Positions 9,517 to 18,552 of a DNA stretch of 64,000 nt are shown piece by piece (position 1 is the stretch's first letter; each line of letters opens with the position of its first letter). The position numbers and the translations under genes were made by a program. Below the pieces are notes generated by a model. The model was not told the origin of the DNA. It ran no database searches and saw nothing but the letters and a program-made list of their open reading frames with translations. Where the stretch lies: NCBI GenBank assembly GCA_044359075.1, contig JBIKMU010000011.1, positions 7,306-71,305 on the forward strand, given 5' to 3'. Source of the stretch: Cyanobium sp. GTDB lineage: Bacteria; Cyanobacteriota; Cyanobacteriia; PCC-6307; Cyanobiaceae.

Positions 9517-10136
9517 GGAATTGGCAGGACAAGTGATGGAACAGTGTTCTGAGATTGCATGCGGATCTTGAATAAACCTTCGAATTGCGTGTGTGCTACT
9601 TGCTCCCACGCGGGATCGAAGGCTGGTGATGCAGCCAGTGCTTGTTCAATCGAGACACAAAGTTTACCTTTCAGCACTTCAGCCATGGCCTCCTGCTTCG
9701 GGCTGTCTGGTCGCATGAAAGGGTTGGCGAATGAGTGAAGCTGCTCTCCCTGCATCGCCTGCACCTCAGGTGGAAAACAATCCCCGTCATCTATCACAAC
9801 AGGGAAGATAAGCCCCCTCGGGTTTTCGGCTGTTCTCAGATTGACTGTCTTCTCACGGTGACGCATTAGCGCTAGCTCTAGTCTGCACCAATCGCTTTGG
9901 AAGTACTCTCGGCTCAAAACGGCAACCATTATGCGGGAACGAGAAAGACTCATGGCGAGGTGATTGGGCCACGAAGCTCCGTCATCAATCGTCTCGTCCA
10001 CGAATACATTTACCTGACCCAAGCGCACCCGCAGCAACGATGTCAAAGCTCGGACGAAATTCTCCCGCGTCCAGCGCACCCAGTCGATATCAGAGCGTCT
10101 GTAGCTGATGAAGATGTCATTTTCATAGTCGGACAT
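9513..10136 (-). CDS. standalone TIR-domain protein (207 aa)
   Basis: DIFISYRRSD, VFVDETIDDGASW, LSREYFQSDWCRLEL (catalytic-type Glu present), LIFPVV. Confidence 0.88.
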   Translation of the reverse strand: MSDYENDIFISYRRSDIDWVRWTRENFVRALTSLLRVRLGQVNVFVDETIDDGASWPNHLAMSLSRSRIMVAVLSREYFQSDWCRLELALMRHREKTVNLRTAENPRGLIFPVVIDDGDCFPPEVQAMQGEQLHSFANPFMRPDSPKQEAMAEVLKGKLCVSIEQALAASPAFDPAWEQVAHTQFEGLFKIRMQSQNTVPSLVLPIP

Positions 10137-10692
10137 AATGCTGTTGCTGCTGATTACGAAACTCTTGAACTGGTTGAGAGGGCATTCTGCCACGGAGTCC
10201 GGCCATGCCGTGGGGCGCGAGGTGATTGACTATGTTACATTGCTACACAGCCACTTAATCCAATCTATAGAAATTAACACTCCGACTTTGGTAGTATTTA
10301 GTCTATTTTCAACCACCAGAGAAATCCTCAAGAAATTCACCCCCGAATGACAAGAATAAGGAAAACGCGCGATAGCTCTCAATAATACAGCAGGGGCATT
10401 ATGCCTGCGCCTAGCATAGGGAATCTTTGCAAGGCGTATAAAGAGACACTGATTGCAATAGTGAGTTCCGTACTAAGAAAGCCGCTCTTTAGTCAATACT
10501 GAAGGAGTTCAGCATGAAGCTTGCTGATATGGCCGATGCAGAAGAAATGACAACCTAGAAAAGATGTCATTGATTGATCAGATTAGCTGAAGATACGCCT
10601 GCATTAAGCTTGATTCTCATTATAGACCCAAGCGGCAGAGGGCGATGATTTTCACTATTTTCTCGGTGGGCGGTCCGCCTTTGTCATCAAGT

Positions 10693-10798
10693 GCCCAACG
10701 CCCGTGCTGTGCCTTTTCGTGGACGAGGCGTGATCGCTGCTCTTCATCCGCAGCATCCATGCCGCAGCCGTGAAATAAGCACCTGTACTTCGTTGGGC
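10693..10798 (-). mobile_element. attC-like site B (106 bp)
   Basis: Perfect inverted termini GCCCAAC/GTTGGGC, 5- and 6-nt spacers, imperfect arms with bulged C and T on the + strand hairpin; begins 7 nt after the stop at 10806. Confidence 0.72.
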
Positions 10799-10805
10799 TT
10801 CCGGT

Positions 10806-11432
10806 TCATTTTTTCCGCACCAGAGCTTCAAAGCTTTTTCTGTCCAATTGAGCAAAATGCTTGCTGTTGCGAATTGATTCGGGCAGATGTTCCCAGATGC
10901 CATTTTCTTTCAGCCAATGATTGAGACATCCAAGGAAGACGTTTTGGACGCTCCAAGCATCATCCTGCAGATCGTGCAAGAAGGTGTTTAGATTCTCAAT
11001 CCGCTCTTTGCTCTCGAGACCATGCTCCGCAGTGGTGAACATGTTGTGGACAAACGTGTTCCGTTTCTGAAGGAAACCAACTAAAATCTGATCAAACTGT
11101 GGGTGCAACTGCGAGGTCTTCCGGACTTCGTGAAGAAGTTGTCCAAGCGTCCGCTTGTTCTTGGACATGTCCTTTCCCGATAGGTCATCGAACGTGAAAT
11201 CGGTCGTTTCGCGGAGGATGAACTGAATGGCCATTTTGATGGCGTGCTCGGCCATCTGGATCATGTAGAGGGTGGCACCGATTTCCTGAAATGCCTTGTG
11301 CTGCATCGGGGTCAAGTCAGGGTAGATAGAGTAGTCCCATGGTGCTTTGCCGGTTTCGTCCTTCTTTTGCGGATCGTGACGGGTCTTCAATATCCGGATG
11401 GAGTCATGATCAAGTTGTGGCTTGTCGGTCAT
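10806..11432 (-). CDS. putative HEPN-like domain protein (gene cassette)
   Basis: IG..YMIQMAEHAIK, RTLGQLL and RNTFVH (Rx4H) motifs; ATG 9 nt after the GTTGGGC core of site C. Confidence 0.6.
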   Translation of the reverse strand: MTDKPQLDHDSIRILKTRHDPQKKDETGKAPWDYSIYPDLTPMQHKAFQEIGATLYMIQMAEHAIKMAIQFILRETTDFTFDDLSGKDMSKNKRTLGQLLHEVRKTSQLHPQFDQILVGFLQKRNTFVHNMFTTAEHGLESKERIENLNTFLHDLQDDAWSVQNVFLGCLNHWLKENGIWEHLPESIRNSKHFAQLDRKSFEALVRKK

Positions 11433-11441
11433 GTTGATTGA

Positions 11442-11528
11442 GCCCAACGCTCAAGATCAGAACCGAGCATGTGGCGATGGCACATGACAGGAACTGAAGC
11501 TCCCGTCTTCTGCATCAGGATGTTAGAT
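11442..11528 (-). mobile_element. attC-like site C (87 bp)
   Basis: Minus strand: ATCTAAC (contains the TAA stop of the upstream ORF)-5nt-GAT[G]CAGAA ... TTCTGATC-6nt-GTTGGGC; same L boxes as site A. Confidence 0.82.
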
Positions 11529-11993
11529 CTCACCGCGATGACCTTTGGTGATCTGCTTTTCGGCGTAACCGGCGTCATATATGGCGAGCAATCTGATTTG
11601 ATTCAATCGAGCGATCCTGGCCTCAATCGTCGCGGGGTCTGTGGCAACGCGATCGCCCCGCTCAAAGGCGATGGATATGGCTTCCATTGCTTGAATTTGC
11701 TTCCAGATTTCATTATAGTCCTTCTCCATGCGACTACAAGTTGCTTCATAAGCCTCGAGCATTGCATGCGATTCGCTGTCGGATGTGTCAATAAAATTCT
11801 TGACTTGGTCGATGCTGTCGGCCAATTCATTCTTAGTCTGCTGGCATGCTACAAGCGCCTCGCCGAGACGGCGCGCAAGATCCGTTCGGTGTTGTCGTCT
11901 CAGATTTAAGAAAGTTTCAACTCTCGTCCAGCCGCTCACAAGGAACGCCAAGATTGAAATTGCAAGGCCCCATTCTGCTGTTGTCATCGTCAT
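11523..11993 (-). CDS. hypothetical protein with N-terminal TM anchor and helical body (gene cassette)
   Basis: 156-aa ORF, WGLAISILAFLVSGW hydrophobic helix; stop inside the attC inverse core. Confidence 0.65.
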   Translation of the reverse strand: MTMTTAEWGLAISILAFLVSGWTRVETFLNLRRQHRTDLARRLGEALVACQQTKNELADSIDQVKNFIDTSDSESHAMLEAYEATCSRMEKDYNEIWKQIQAMEAISIAFERGDRVATDPATIEARIARLNQIRLLAIYDAGYAEKQITKGHRGEI

Positions 11994-12611
11994 CAGCTGA
12001 GTTCTGCCATGTGAGCCCCAACATAGAATATGCGGACTCGCATATCATGAGCAATCCGGCGATTGCTGCATATCCCACAGGAACTTGATATCTTTGATGC
12101 TTTGAGAGCCAAGGCTATGGCAGACATCCTAGGGAATCGATCTGGTTCGGCGGAGTATATGCTGGTTCAGTCTATCACGCTTCAACCACGCCTTGCAGGC
12201 CTTGTCTAGCGAGGACCAGGGGAAGCCGAGCTATGGGTATTGTTTGGATCTAGAGATAAGCCAAAGCTATTATCTGCATGAAGATAGATTATTCGTTTTG
12301 TGCCTTCACTAGTCTTAGCTGTGCACTTCCTGCAATAGCTTATAGGAGCAATTTTTGCGATTCTTGTTTATCTATTCTACTTGTTCAGCGAAGCAGGGTG
12401 TGCGCACTTGCCAAGTGCCCTCGATTCCCCAGGCGGCGAATAAGATAGCAATCCAATCAATATCAACACCAACAATTCCTTGATTTGAACCAACTTGCCA
12501 GCTGAAATTTGATCACAACTCCCGCTGACAACAAAGTTGCATATTAGACACAAACGATCCCCAATGACTTAGGATTATACTGAAATTATCTCCACAACCC
12601 AGGCTCAGCCA

Positions 12612-13724
12612 ATGACCATGCAAGCAGCCGTTCAAGCCTATTACGGCCAAGAACTGAGCAGCAGCGCTGATCTCAAGACCACAGCCTGCTGCGATGCCGA
12701 TGCTGTGCCTGCCTGGCTGAGGCCCCTGCTGGCCAAAGTGCATCCAGAGGTAACTAGCCGTTATTACGGCTGCGGCCTGGTCTGCCCAGCCCAGCTCAGT
12801 GGCTGCCGCATCCTTGATTTGGGCAGTGGTTCCGGCCGCGATGCCTACCTTTTGTCCCAACTTGTCGGGCCCGGGGGCTCCATCGTCGGTGTCGACATGA
12901 CGGTTGAACAACTTGCCATTGCCCGTCAATACACCGAATTCCATGCCCAGCAGTTCGGCTACGCCAATGTCTCCTTCCTGAATGGCACCATCGAGAAGCT
13001 CGCAGATTTAGACCTGGAGCCGGAAAGCTTCGATGTGATCATCTCCAATTGTGTGCTCAACCTCTCCACCGACAAGGCCGCAGTGCTCAAAGGTGTGCAG
13101 CGCTTGCTTAAGCCTGGGGGTGAATTTTACTTCGCCGATGTCTACACAGATCGGCGCCTGCCCGATGCCCTGCGCAGTCATCCCGTGCTTTACGGCGAGT
13201 GCCTGGGGGGCGCCCTTTACTGGCAGGACTTCCTGCGCATGGCCAGATCAGCGGGTTTCCCGGATCCCCGTCTGGTCAGTAATCACCCCATCAGCATCAC
13301 CGATGCAAAACTGGCGCCCCTAGTGGGCCTGGCCCGCTTCGAATCAACCACCTATCGGCTATTCAAAATCAACGGCCTGGAAGAGGCATGCGAAGACTAC
13401 GGCCAAGCCGTGATCTATCGCGGCACGCTGCCGCAGCACCCCGATCGCTTCCCCCTGGACCACCACCATGTCCTCGAAACGGGCAGGACTTTGCCGGTGT
13501 GTGGCAACACCTATCGCCTGCTCCACCAAAGCCGCTTCCACGAGCACTTTGACTTCATTGGCGACTTCAGCCGCCACTTCGGACCCTTCCCGGGTTGCGG
13601 CAGCCTCTCACCCTTTAAAAATCCGGCACCAGGAGCCGCAGCCACAGACCCAGCCCCAACACCGGCCGCAACTCCCACACCGACACCAGCCCCAGCACCG
13701 GCACCGGCATCCTCCTGTTGCTGA
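12612..13724 (+). CDS. arsenite methyltransferase-like (ArsM/AS3MT family) SAM methyltransferase
   Basis: TTACC, RYYGCG, LDLGSGSGRD, ISNCVLNL, LYGECLGGA, C-terminal CC. Confidence 0.8.
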   Translation: MTMQAAVQAYYGQELSSSADLKTTACCDADAVPAWLRPLLAKVHPEVTSRYYGCGLVCPAQLSGCRILDLGSGSGRDAYLLSQLVGPGGSIVGVDMTVEQLAIARQYTEFHAQQFGYANVSFLNGTIEKLADLDLEPESFDVIISNCVLNLSTDKAAVLKGVQRLLKPGGEFYFADVYTDRRLPDALRSHPVLYGECLGGALYWQDFLRMARSAGFPDPRLVSNHPISITDAKLAPLVGLARFESTTYRLFKINGLEEACEDYGQAVIYRGTLPQHPDRFPLDHHHVLETGRTLPVCGNTYRLLHQSRFHEHFDFIGDFSRHFGPFPGCGSLSPFKNPAPGAAATDPAPTPAATPTPTPAPAPAPASSCC

Positions 13725-13733
13725 CTCTTCCCT

Positions 13734-15353
13734 TCAGCGACCCCGCCAGCGGGCCGCCGCGGCCGGATCCAGCACATAGGCCGTCACCCCCCGGTGCAAC
13801 AGCCGCTGCGACGACCCCGGCGCCGCCGCCCCCGCCAACGAATCCAAAAAGTCGCTGGTCATGCCCAGCAACAACCCCTGCACCGCCTCCGGTTCCACCC
13901 CCACCCAATCAGAACCGAGCCGAAACAGCGCCTCATCGCCCGGCGGCAGGCGCAGGGGCGAAAAATGGCTGCCCCCCTGCACCAACGCCAAGCGGCTGCG
14001 GGGGTGGCCCACCGGCAGGAACAACTCCAGTTGCTCTTGCAGCGGTGGCGTCACCAGATCCAGGCTGCCGCCCACCAGCAGGGCGGGCACCCGCAGATCG
14101 CGCAGGCCCCGCTCGGGCCACAACAGCGAGCCGAAACTGTTGAACAGCACCACCCCCCGCAGCTCCGCCGGGCGCGGCAGGGCCGGCGGCAACGCCGCCG
14201 CCGGCAGCTGACATTGCAACAGCAGCGACAGGTTGGTAATGGGCAGTCGCTCCACGGCCCGCGCACAACGGCGGTCCAGGCCCGGCTCCGGCTTCAAGCC
14301 CGCCGCCATCAGGGCGGTAACTCCCCCCAACGAATGGCCTAACAGCACCATCCCATCCCCCTGCACCGGCAGCCCACCGGCCCGTTGGGCCGTCAGCAAA
14401 GCCTTGACATCCGCCAGGCGCTCAGCCAGCACCTCCGCCCCCGGCGGCGGCCGTTGCCCGGCCAGGCTGGCCTTGAGGGCCGCTGAGTCGCTGCCGGGAT
14501 GTTGCAGCGCCACCGTGGTCCAGCCCCGCTGGGCCAGGGCACTGGCCAACCAGCCCAATTGGTCGGCGTTGCCGCCCAACCCCGGCAGCAGCAGCACCCA
14601 GGGCCGCTCGGCCCGCCCTGGCTGCGCCGACGCCCAGATCTCCACGGGCAAGGGATTGCGGCGATGGGGCACCACCAGGCTGTGGCGCTGGAGTTGGGCC
14701 GGCGGGCCATCCGCCTCGTGCAGCGGTTCGGCCCGGCGTGGGGGCAATCCCATCAAGGCCAGATTGGACAGGGCGTGGCGCTGCTGCCCCAACTGACGCC
14801 GCCACTGGGCCGCCAGCTCCAACAAGCCATCCAGGCGCAGATTCAGACGGGGTTCGGGCAAGGCCACCAGCAAATCGATCAGCGACACCGACCGCTGCTG
14901 CCGCAGCAGTTGGCGCAGGCTGGCCTGCAGCTGACCCGTGGTCGATTTGCCCGCCTCCGTGGTCAGGAGTTCGCCCAGTTCACCCAGCAGCTGGCCGCCG
15001 GCCCAGCTGTCCAACAGCTGGCGGCCAAAGCTGCGATCCCGCAGCAAGGGGGCTCGTAGCAGCTGCTTCAGCTCACGGCGACTGTCCGGTTTGAGCAACC
15101 CGAGCCAGAGGTCTTGGTCGGAGCCCCCGTTGGCCAGGTCCGCCTCCAATGAAAGCTGGTTATTGCCCCGACTCCAGCGCTGCAGATGCCGCAGGTTGAT
15201 GGGAATTTGCAGCTGCTCCAACTGGATCTCCAGCACCTCGGCGGCCCCAGCAGGCGAAGCCGTCACCAGCCAGGACGACACCGCCAAGGCGCCCAGGATT
15301 CTGGTGATGACGGCGGCCCCCCCTTGGGGCCAAGATCGGGACAAGGACCGCAA
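13734..15353 (-). CDS. alpha/beta hydrolase with DUF1400-like N-terminus
   Basis: GHSLGG nucleophile elbow, QHPGSD, GGSHFS; signal-like N-terminus. Confidence 0.8.
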   Translation of the reverse strand: MRSLSRSWPQGGAAVITRILGALAVSSWLVTASPAGAAEVLEIQLEQLQIPINLRHLQRWSRGNNQLSLEADLANGGSDQDLWLGLLKPDSRRELKQLLRAPLLRDRSFGRQLLDSWAGGQLLGELGELLTTEAGKSTTGQLQASLRQLLRQQRSVSLIDLLVALPEPRLNLRLDGLLELAAQWRRQLGQQRHALSNLALMGLPPRRAEPLHEADGPPAQLQRHSLVVPHRRNPLPVEIWASAQPGRAERPWVLLLPGLGGNADQLGWLASALAQRGWTTVALQHPGSDSAALKASLAGQRPPPGAEVLAERLADVKALLTAQRAGGLPVQGDGMVLLGHSLGGVTALMAAGLKPEPGLDRRCARAVERLPITNLSLLLQCQLPAAALPPALPRPAELRGVVLFNSFGSLLWPERGLRDLRVPALLVGGSLDLVTPPLQEQLELFLPVGHPRSRLALVQGGSHFSPLRLPPGDEALFRLGSDWVGVEPEAVQGLLLGMTSDFLDSLAGAAAPGSSQRLLHRGVTAYVLDPAAAARWRGR

Positions 15354-15367
15354 CCCGCCTGGGGAGC

Positions 15368-15598
15368 TCAGTGGGCAGGCCCGGCGGCGGCATCGCCAGA
15401 GGCAGGCGCCGCCTGACCCGGCAACCAGGCCTCATGGGGCAGGGGCTCGGTGCCGTATTCCCAGTCGTCGTAGTCGGGATCGTTGCGAATCTGCTGGTGA
15501 ATCTGCTTCTGGGCCTCGAAATCGTGGGGATGGGGCGGCGTGCCCGCCGCGCCGTCGTCAAGGGGGAGGGGTGCTTGCGGGGAGGTCATCGGAACCAA
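15368..15598 (-). CDS. small hypothetical protein
   Basis: 76 aa, DPDYDDWEY motif, co-oriented between neighbours. Confidence 0.55.
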   Translation of the reverse strand: MVPMTSPQAPLPLDDGAAGTPPHPHDFEAQKQIHQQIRNDPDYDDWEYGTEPLPHEAWLPGQAAPASGDAAAGPAH

Positions 15599-15626
15599 CG
15601 TCGATGAACTTCATTCTGACGGGGGA

Positions 15627-17345
15627 TCAGCCAGGGGCGTCGATCGGCAGCGCGGAGCCCCGGGCCCGAAAGGCGGCCACCGCCACCGGAATCGTTGGAT
15701 AAAACGCATCGAAACCGAGACGGGCCACCAAGCCAGCCCTCTCGAGCTCGTGAAACAAACCCTGCTTGACGCGGGTCATCGCAAAGCGGATGCCACGACC
15801 CTGCAGTTCCTGGGCCAACTCAGCGAGCATGTCGGCCGCTGTGATGTCCAACTCGATAATCGCCTCGGCATTCAGCACGAACCACCGCACGGGCTCCACC
15901 TCGGCGGCGATCGCCGCCAGGGCCCGACGCTGGAAGTCATTGGCATTGGCAAAACAGAGGGGCGCGTCATAGCGGTAAAGCACCAGGCCAGGCACGGTGC
16001 TGCCCCCCGGCCAGTCCTTGACATCGTGGAAACCGGCCAGGTCCCTCACTTCCCCCATCACCGCGTCGTGGGGTCGGGCGACGCGGGCGAACAGATCCAG
16101 CACGGACAAACCCACCGCCACCACCACGCCGGAGAGAATGCCGCTGAACAACACCCCAAGCAGGGTCACCAGGGCCAACAAAAATTCACTGCGTTTGAAA
16201 CGCTGCAATCTCCGAAAAGCATCGATATCAATCAGTTGTAGGGCGGCGAACACCACCAGGGCCCCCAACACCGGCCGCGGAAACAACGCCAGCAGGGGCC
16301 GCAGCCAAAGCAAAACGGCCAGCACCACCACCAGGGCCACCAGCGCATAGCGCTGACTGCGGGCCCCCATGGTGTCCGCCAGGGCCGTGCGGGTGTTGCT
16401 GCTGCTGACCGGGAACCCCTGGAACAGCGAGGTGGCCACATTGGTGACCCCAAGGGCCACCAACTCCTTGGTGGCATCAATCCGCTCCCCGTGGCGCTGG
16501 GCGAAGGAGCGGGCCGTCAACATGTTGTCGGAGTAACCGACCAGGGCGATGCCGACAGCGCCGAGCATCAGTGGTTGCCAGCTAGCCAGCGTCAAGCCCG
16601 TGGGCAGTACCAAAGCGGGCAGACCCGCCTCAATCGTGCCCACCATCGCCACCCCCTGCCGATCCAGGTGCAGCAACCCCGAGGCGGCCGTCGCCAGCAG
16701 CACCACCAGCAAGGGCCCGGGCAGGTGGGGACGCCAGCGACGCAGCACCAGCATCAGCAAAAGGGCCAGGCCGGCCAACGCCAAGCTGGGGCCATGCACG
16801 GCCCCGTGGCGTTGCACCAGTGCCTCCAGGGCCGCCCCAAGAGAATCGGCCCTGGGACCGATGCCGGTGAGGGTGTGCATCTGGCCGGCGATCATCAACA
16901 ACGCCACCCCGGCCAGGTAACCCACCAGGATTGGCTGGGAGAGCAGGTCGGCCAGAAAAGCCAACTTCAGCAGGGCCGCCAGCAGGCACACCAGCCCCAC
17001 CAGCAGGGCCATCAGGCTGGCCAGGGCGATCGACCCGGACCGATCGCCCGCCGCCACCATCGGTCCCACCAGGGCCGCCGTCATCAAGGCAGTGGTGGTT
17101 TCGGGGCCCACCGATAGCTGGGGGGAGCCCCCCAGCCAGGCATAGATCACAATCGAGGGCAGCATCGCCCAGAGGCCATTGATCGGCGCCAGGCCGGCCA
17201 GCTCGCCATAGGCCATGCACTGGGGGATGAGATAGGCGGCCACCGTCACACCCGCCGTCAGATCCCCTGGCAAAAAGGCACCCCCCAGGGGGCTTCCCCC
17301 CAAGGGGGATCCCCTCTGGGGGGATCGGTTCACCGGTGCAGCCAA
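15627..17345 (-). CDS. SulP family anion (sulfate/bicarbonate) transporter with STAS domain
   Basis: DLTAGVTVAAYLIPQCMAYGELAG, GPETT, FPVSSSNTRT, APLCFANA. Confidence 0.92.
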   Translation of the reverse strand: MAAPVNRSPQRGSPLGGSPLGGAFLPGDLTAGVTVAAYLIPQCMAYGELAGLAPINGLWAMLPSIVIYAWLGGSPQLSVGPETTTALMTAALVGPMVAAGDRSGSIALASLMALLVGLVCLLAALLKLAFLADLLSQPILVGYLAGVALLMIAGQMHTLTGIGPRADSLGAALEALVQRHGAVHGPSLALAGLALLLMLVLRRWRPHLPGPLLVVLLATAASGLLHLDRQGVAMVGTIEAGLPALVLPTGLTLASWQPLMLGAVGIALVGYSDNMLTARSFAQRHGERIDATKELVALGVTNVATSLFQGFPVSSSNTRTALADTMGARSQRYALVALVVVLAVLLWLRPLLALFPRPVLGALVVFAALQLIDIDAFRRLQRFKRSEFLLALVTLLGVLFSGILSGVVVAVGLSVLDLFARVARPHDAVMGEVRDLAGFHDVKDWPGGSTVPGLVLYRYDAPLCFANANDFQRRALAAIAAEVEPVRWFVLNAEAIIELDITAADMLAELAQELQGRGIRFAMTRVKQGLFHELERAGLVARLGFDAFYPTIPVAVAAFRARGSALPIDAPG

Positions 17346-17375
17346 AAATCAGACATTGAATTCAGACATTGAGAA

Positions 17376-18467
17376 TCAGACATTGAACAAGAACTCCATT
17401 ACGTCCCCCTCGGCCACCACATACTCCTTGCCTTCACTGCGCAGCCAGCCCCGGTTGCGGGCTTCGGCCAACGAACCCGCCTCCAACAGCTGCTCATAGC
17501 CCACGGTCTGGGCCCTGATGAAGCCGCGCTCAAAATCCGTATGGATCACCCCAGCTGCCTGGGGTGCCGTCATGCCCGCCTTGATCGTCCAGGCCCGGGT
17601 CTCCTTTTCGCCGGTGGTGAAATAGGTGCGCAGGCCCAGCAAGCGATAAGTGGCGCCGATCAGACTGCACAGCCCCCCCTCGCTCACCCCCAATCCGGCC
17701 AGGAATTCAGCCCTTTCCGCTTCTGGCAACTCCATCAGTTCCGCCTCCACCTGGGCCGAAATCCGCACCGTTTCCGCCCCCTCTCGCTGCGCCAGGGCCG
17801 CCACCGCTGCGACCATGGCGTTGCCGCTGGCCAGGTCGTCTTCGTTGACGTTGGTGGCATAGATGATCGGTTTGGCGGTCAGCAGGCCAAGGGGACGCAG
17901 CAGCGCCAGTTCGTCATCGCCGAGAGGCAGCGAACGGGCGGCTCCGCCCTCCTCCAGCACCGCCTGAATGCGCTCCAAAATCCCGTCCTCCACCGCGGCT
18001 TCCTTGCTGGTGCGCAGCTGCTTTTTGAGCCGTTCGCGGCGCTTCTCCACCTGGGCCAGGTCGGCCAGGGCCAGCTCCAGATTGATCACCTCCACGTCGC
18101 GCAGCGGATCCACCGATCCCGAGACGTGGATGACGTCGTCGTCTTCAAAGCAACGCACCACATGGACGATGGCGTCGACTTCCCGGATGTTGGCCAGGAA
18201 CTTGTTTCCCAGCCCTTCACCCTGGCTGGCCCCCTTGACCAGGCCGGCGATATCCACGAACTCGACCCTTGTGGGGATGATCTCCTTGGAACTGGAAACC
18301 TTGGCGAGCTGAGAGAGGCGCCCATCGGGCACCGCCACAATCCCGCTGTTGGGTTCGATGGTGCAGAAGGGGAAATTGGCGGCGGTGGCCTGGGCGTTGG
18401 CCACCAGAGCGTTGAAGAGGGTGGACTTGCCCACGTTGGGCAAGCCGACGATTCCGGCTTTAAGCAT
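17376..18467 (-). CDS. ychF: redox-regulated ATPase YchF
   Basis: [47 protein letters not shown]. Confidence 0.97.
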   Translation of the reverse strand: MLKAGIVGLPNVGKSTLFNALVANAQATAANFPFCTIEPNSGIVAVPDGRLSQLAKVSSSKEIIPTRVEFVDIAGLVKGASQGEGLGNKFLANIREVDAIVHVVRCFEDDDVIHVSGSVDPLRDVEVINLELALADLAQVEKRRERLKKQLRTSKEAAVEDGILERIQAVLEEGGAARSLPLGDDELALLRPLGLLTAKPIIYATNVNEDDLASGNAMVAAVAALAQREGAETVRISAQVEAELMELPEAERAEFLAGLGVSEGGLCSLIGATYRLLGLRTYFTTGEKETRAWTIKAGMTAPQAAGVIHTDFERGFIRAQTVGYEQLLEAGSLAEARNRGWLRSEGKEYVVAEGDVMEFLFNV

Positions 18468-18552
18468 GGTCGGAATCTACGAGCCGCTGCCCCAAGAACC
18501 CATCACATTGGCGCGAATAAACAGCGAGACTGGCTCCACTCCCTGGCCCTTG

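Larger units (their letters stand above)
6108..12500 (-). mobile_element. lower-GC island: integron-like cassette array lacking an integrase in the window (CALIN-like); right boundary approximate
   Basis: Abrupt compositional shift after the permease stop; three attC-like sites, all oriented with the minus-strand genes; no tyrosine recombinase ORF seen. Confidence 0.75.

Noticed and set aside
10160-10245. Possible attC upstream of the TIR gene (TTGAAC ... GTTACAT)
   Set aside because: Only an inner hairpin (CCACGG/CCGTGG); the outer L boxes are not complementary.
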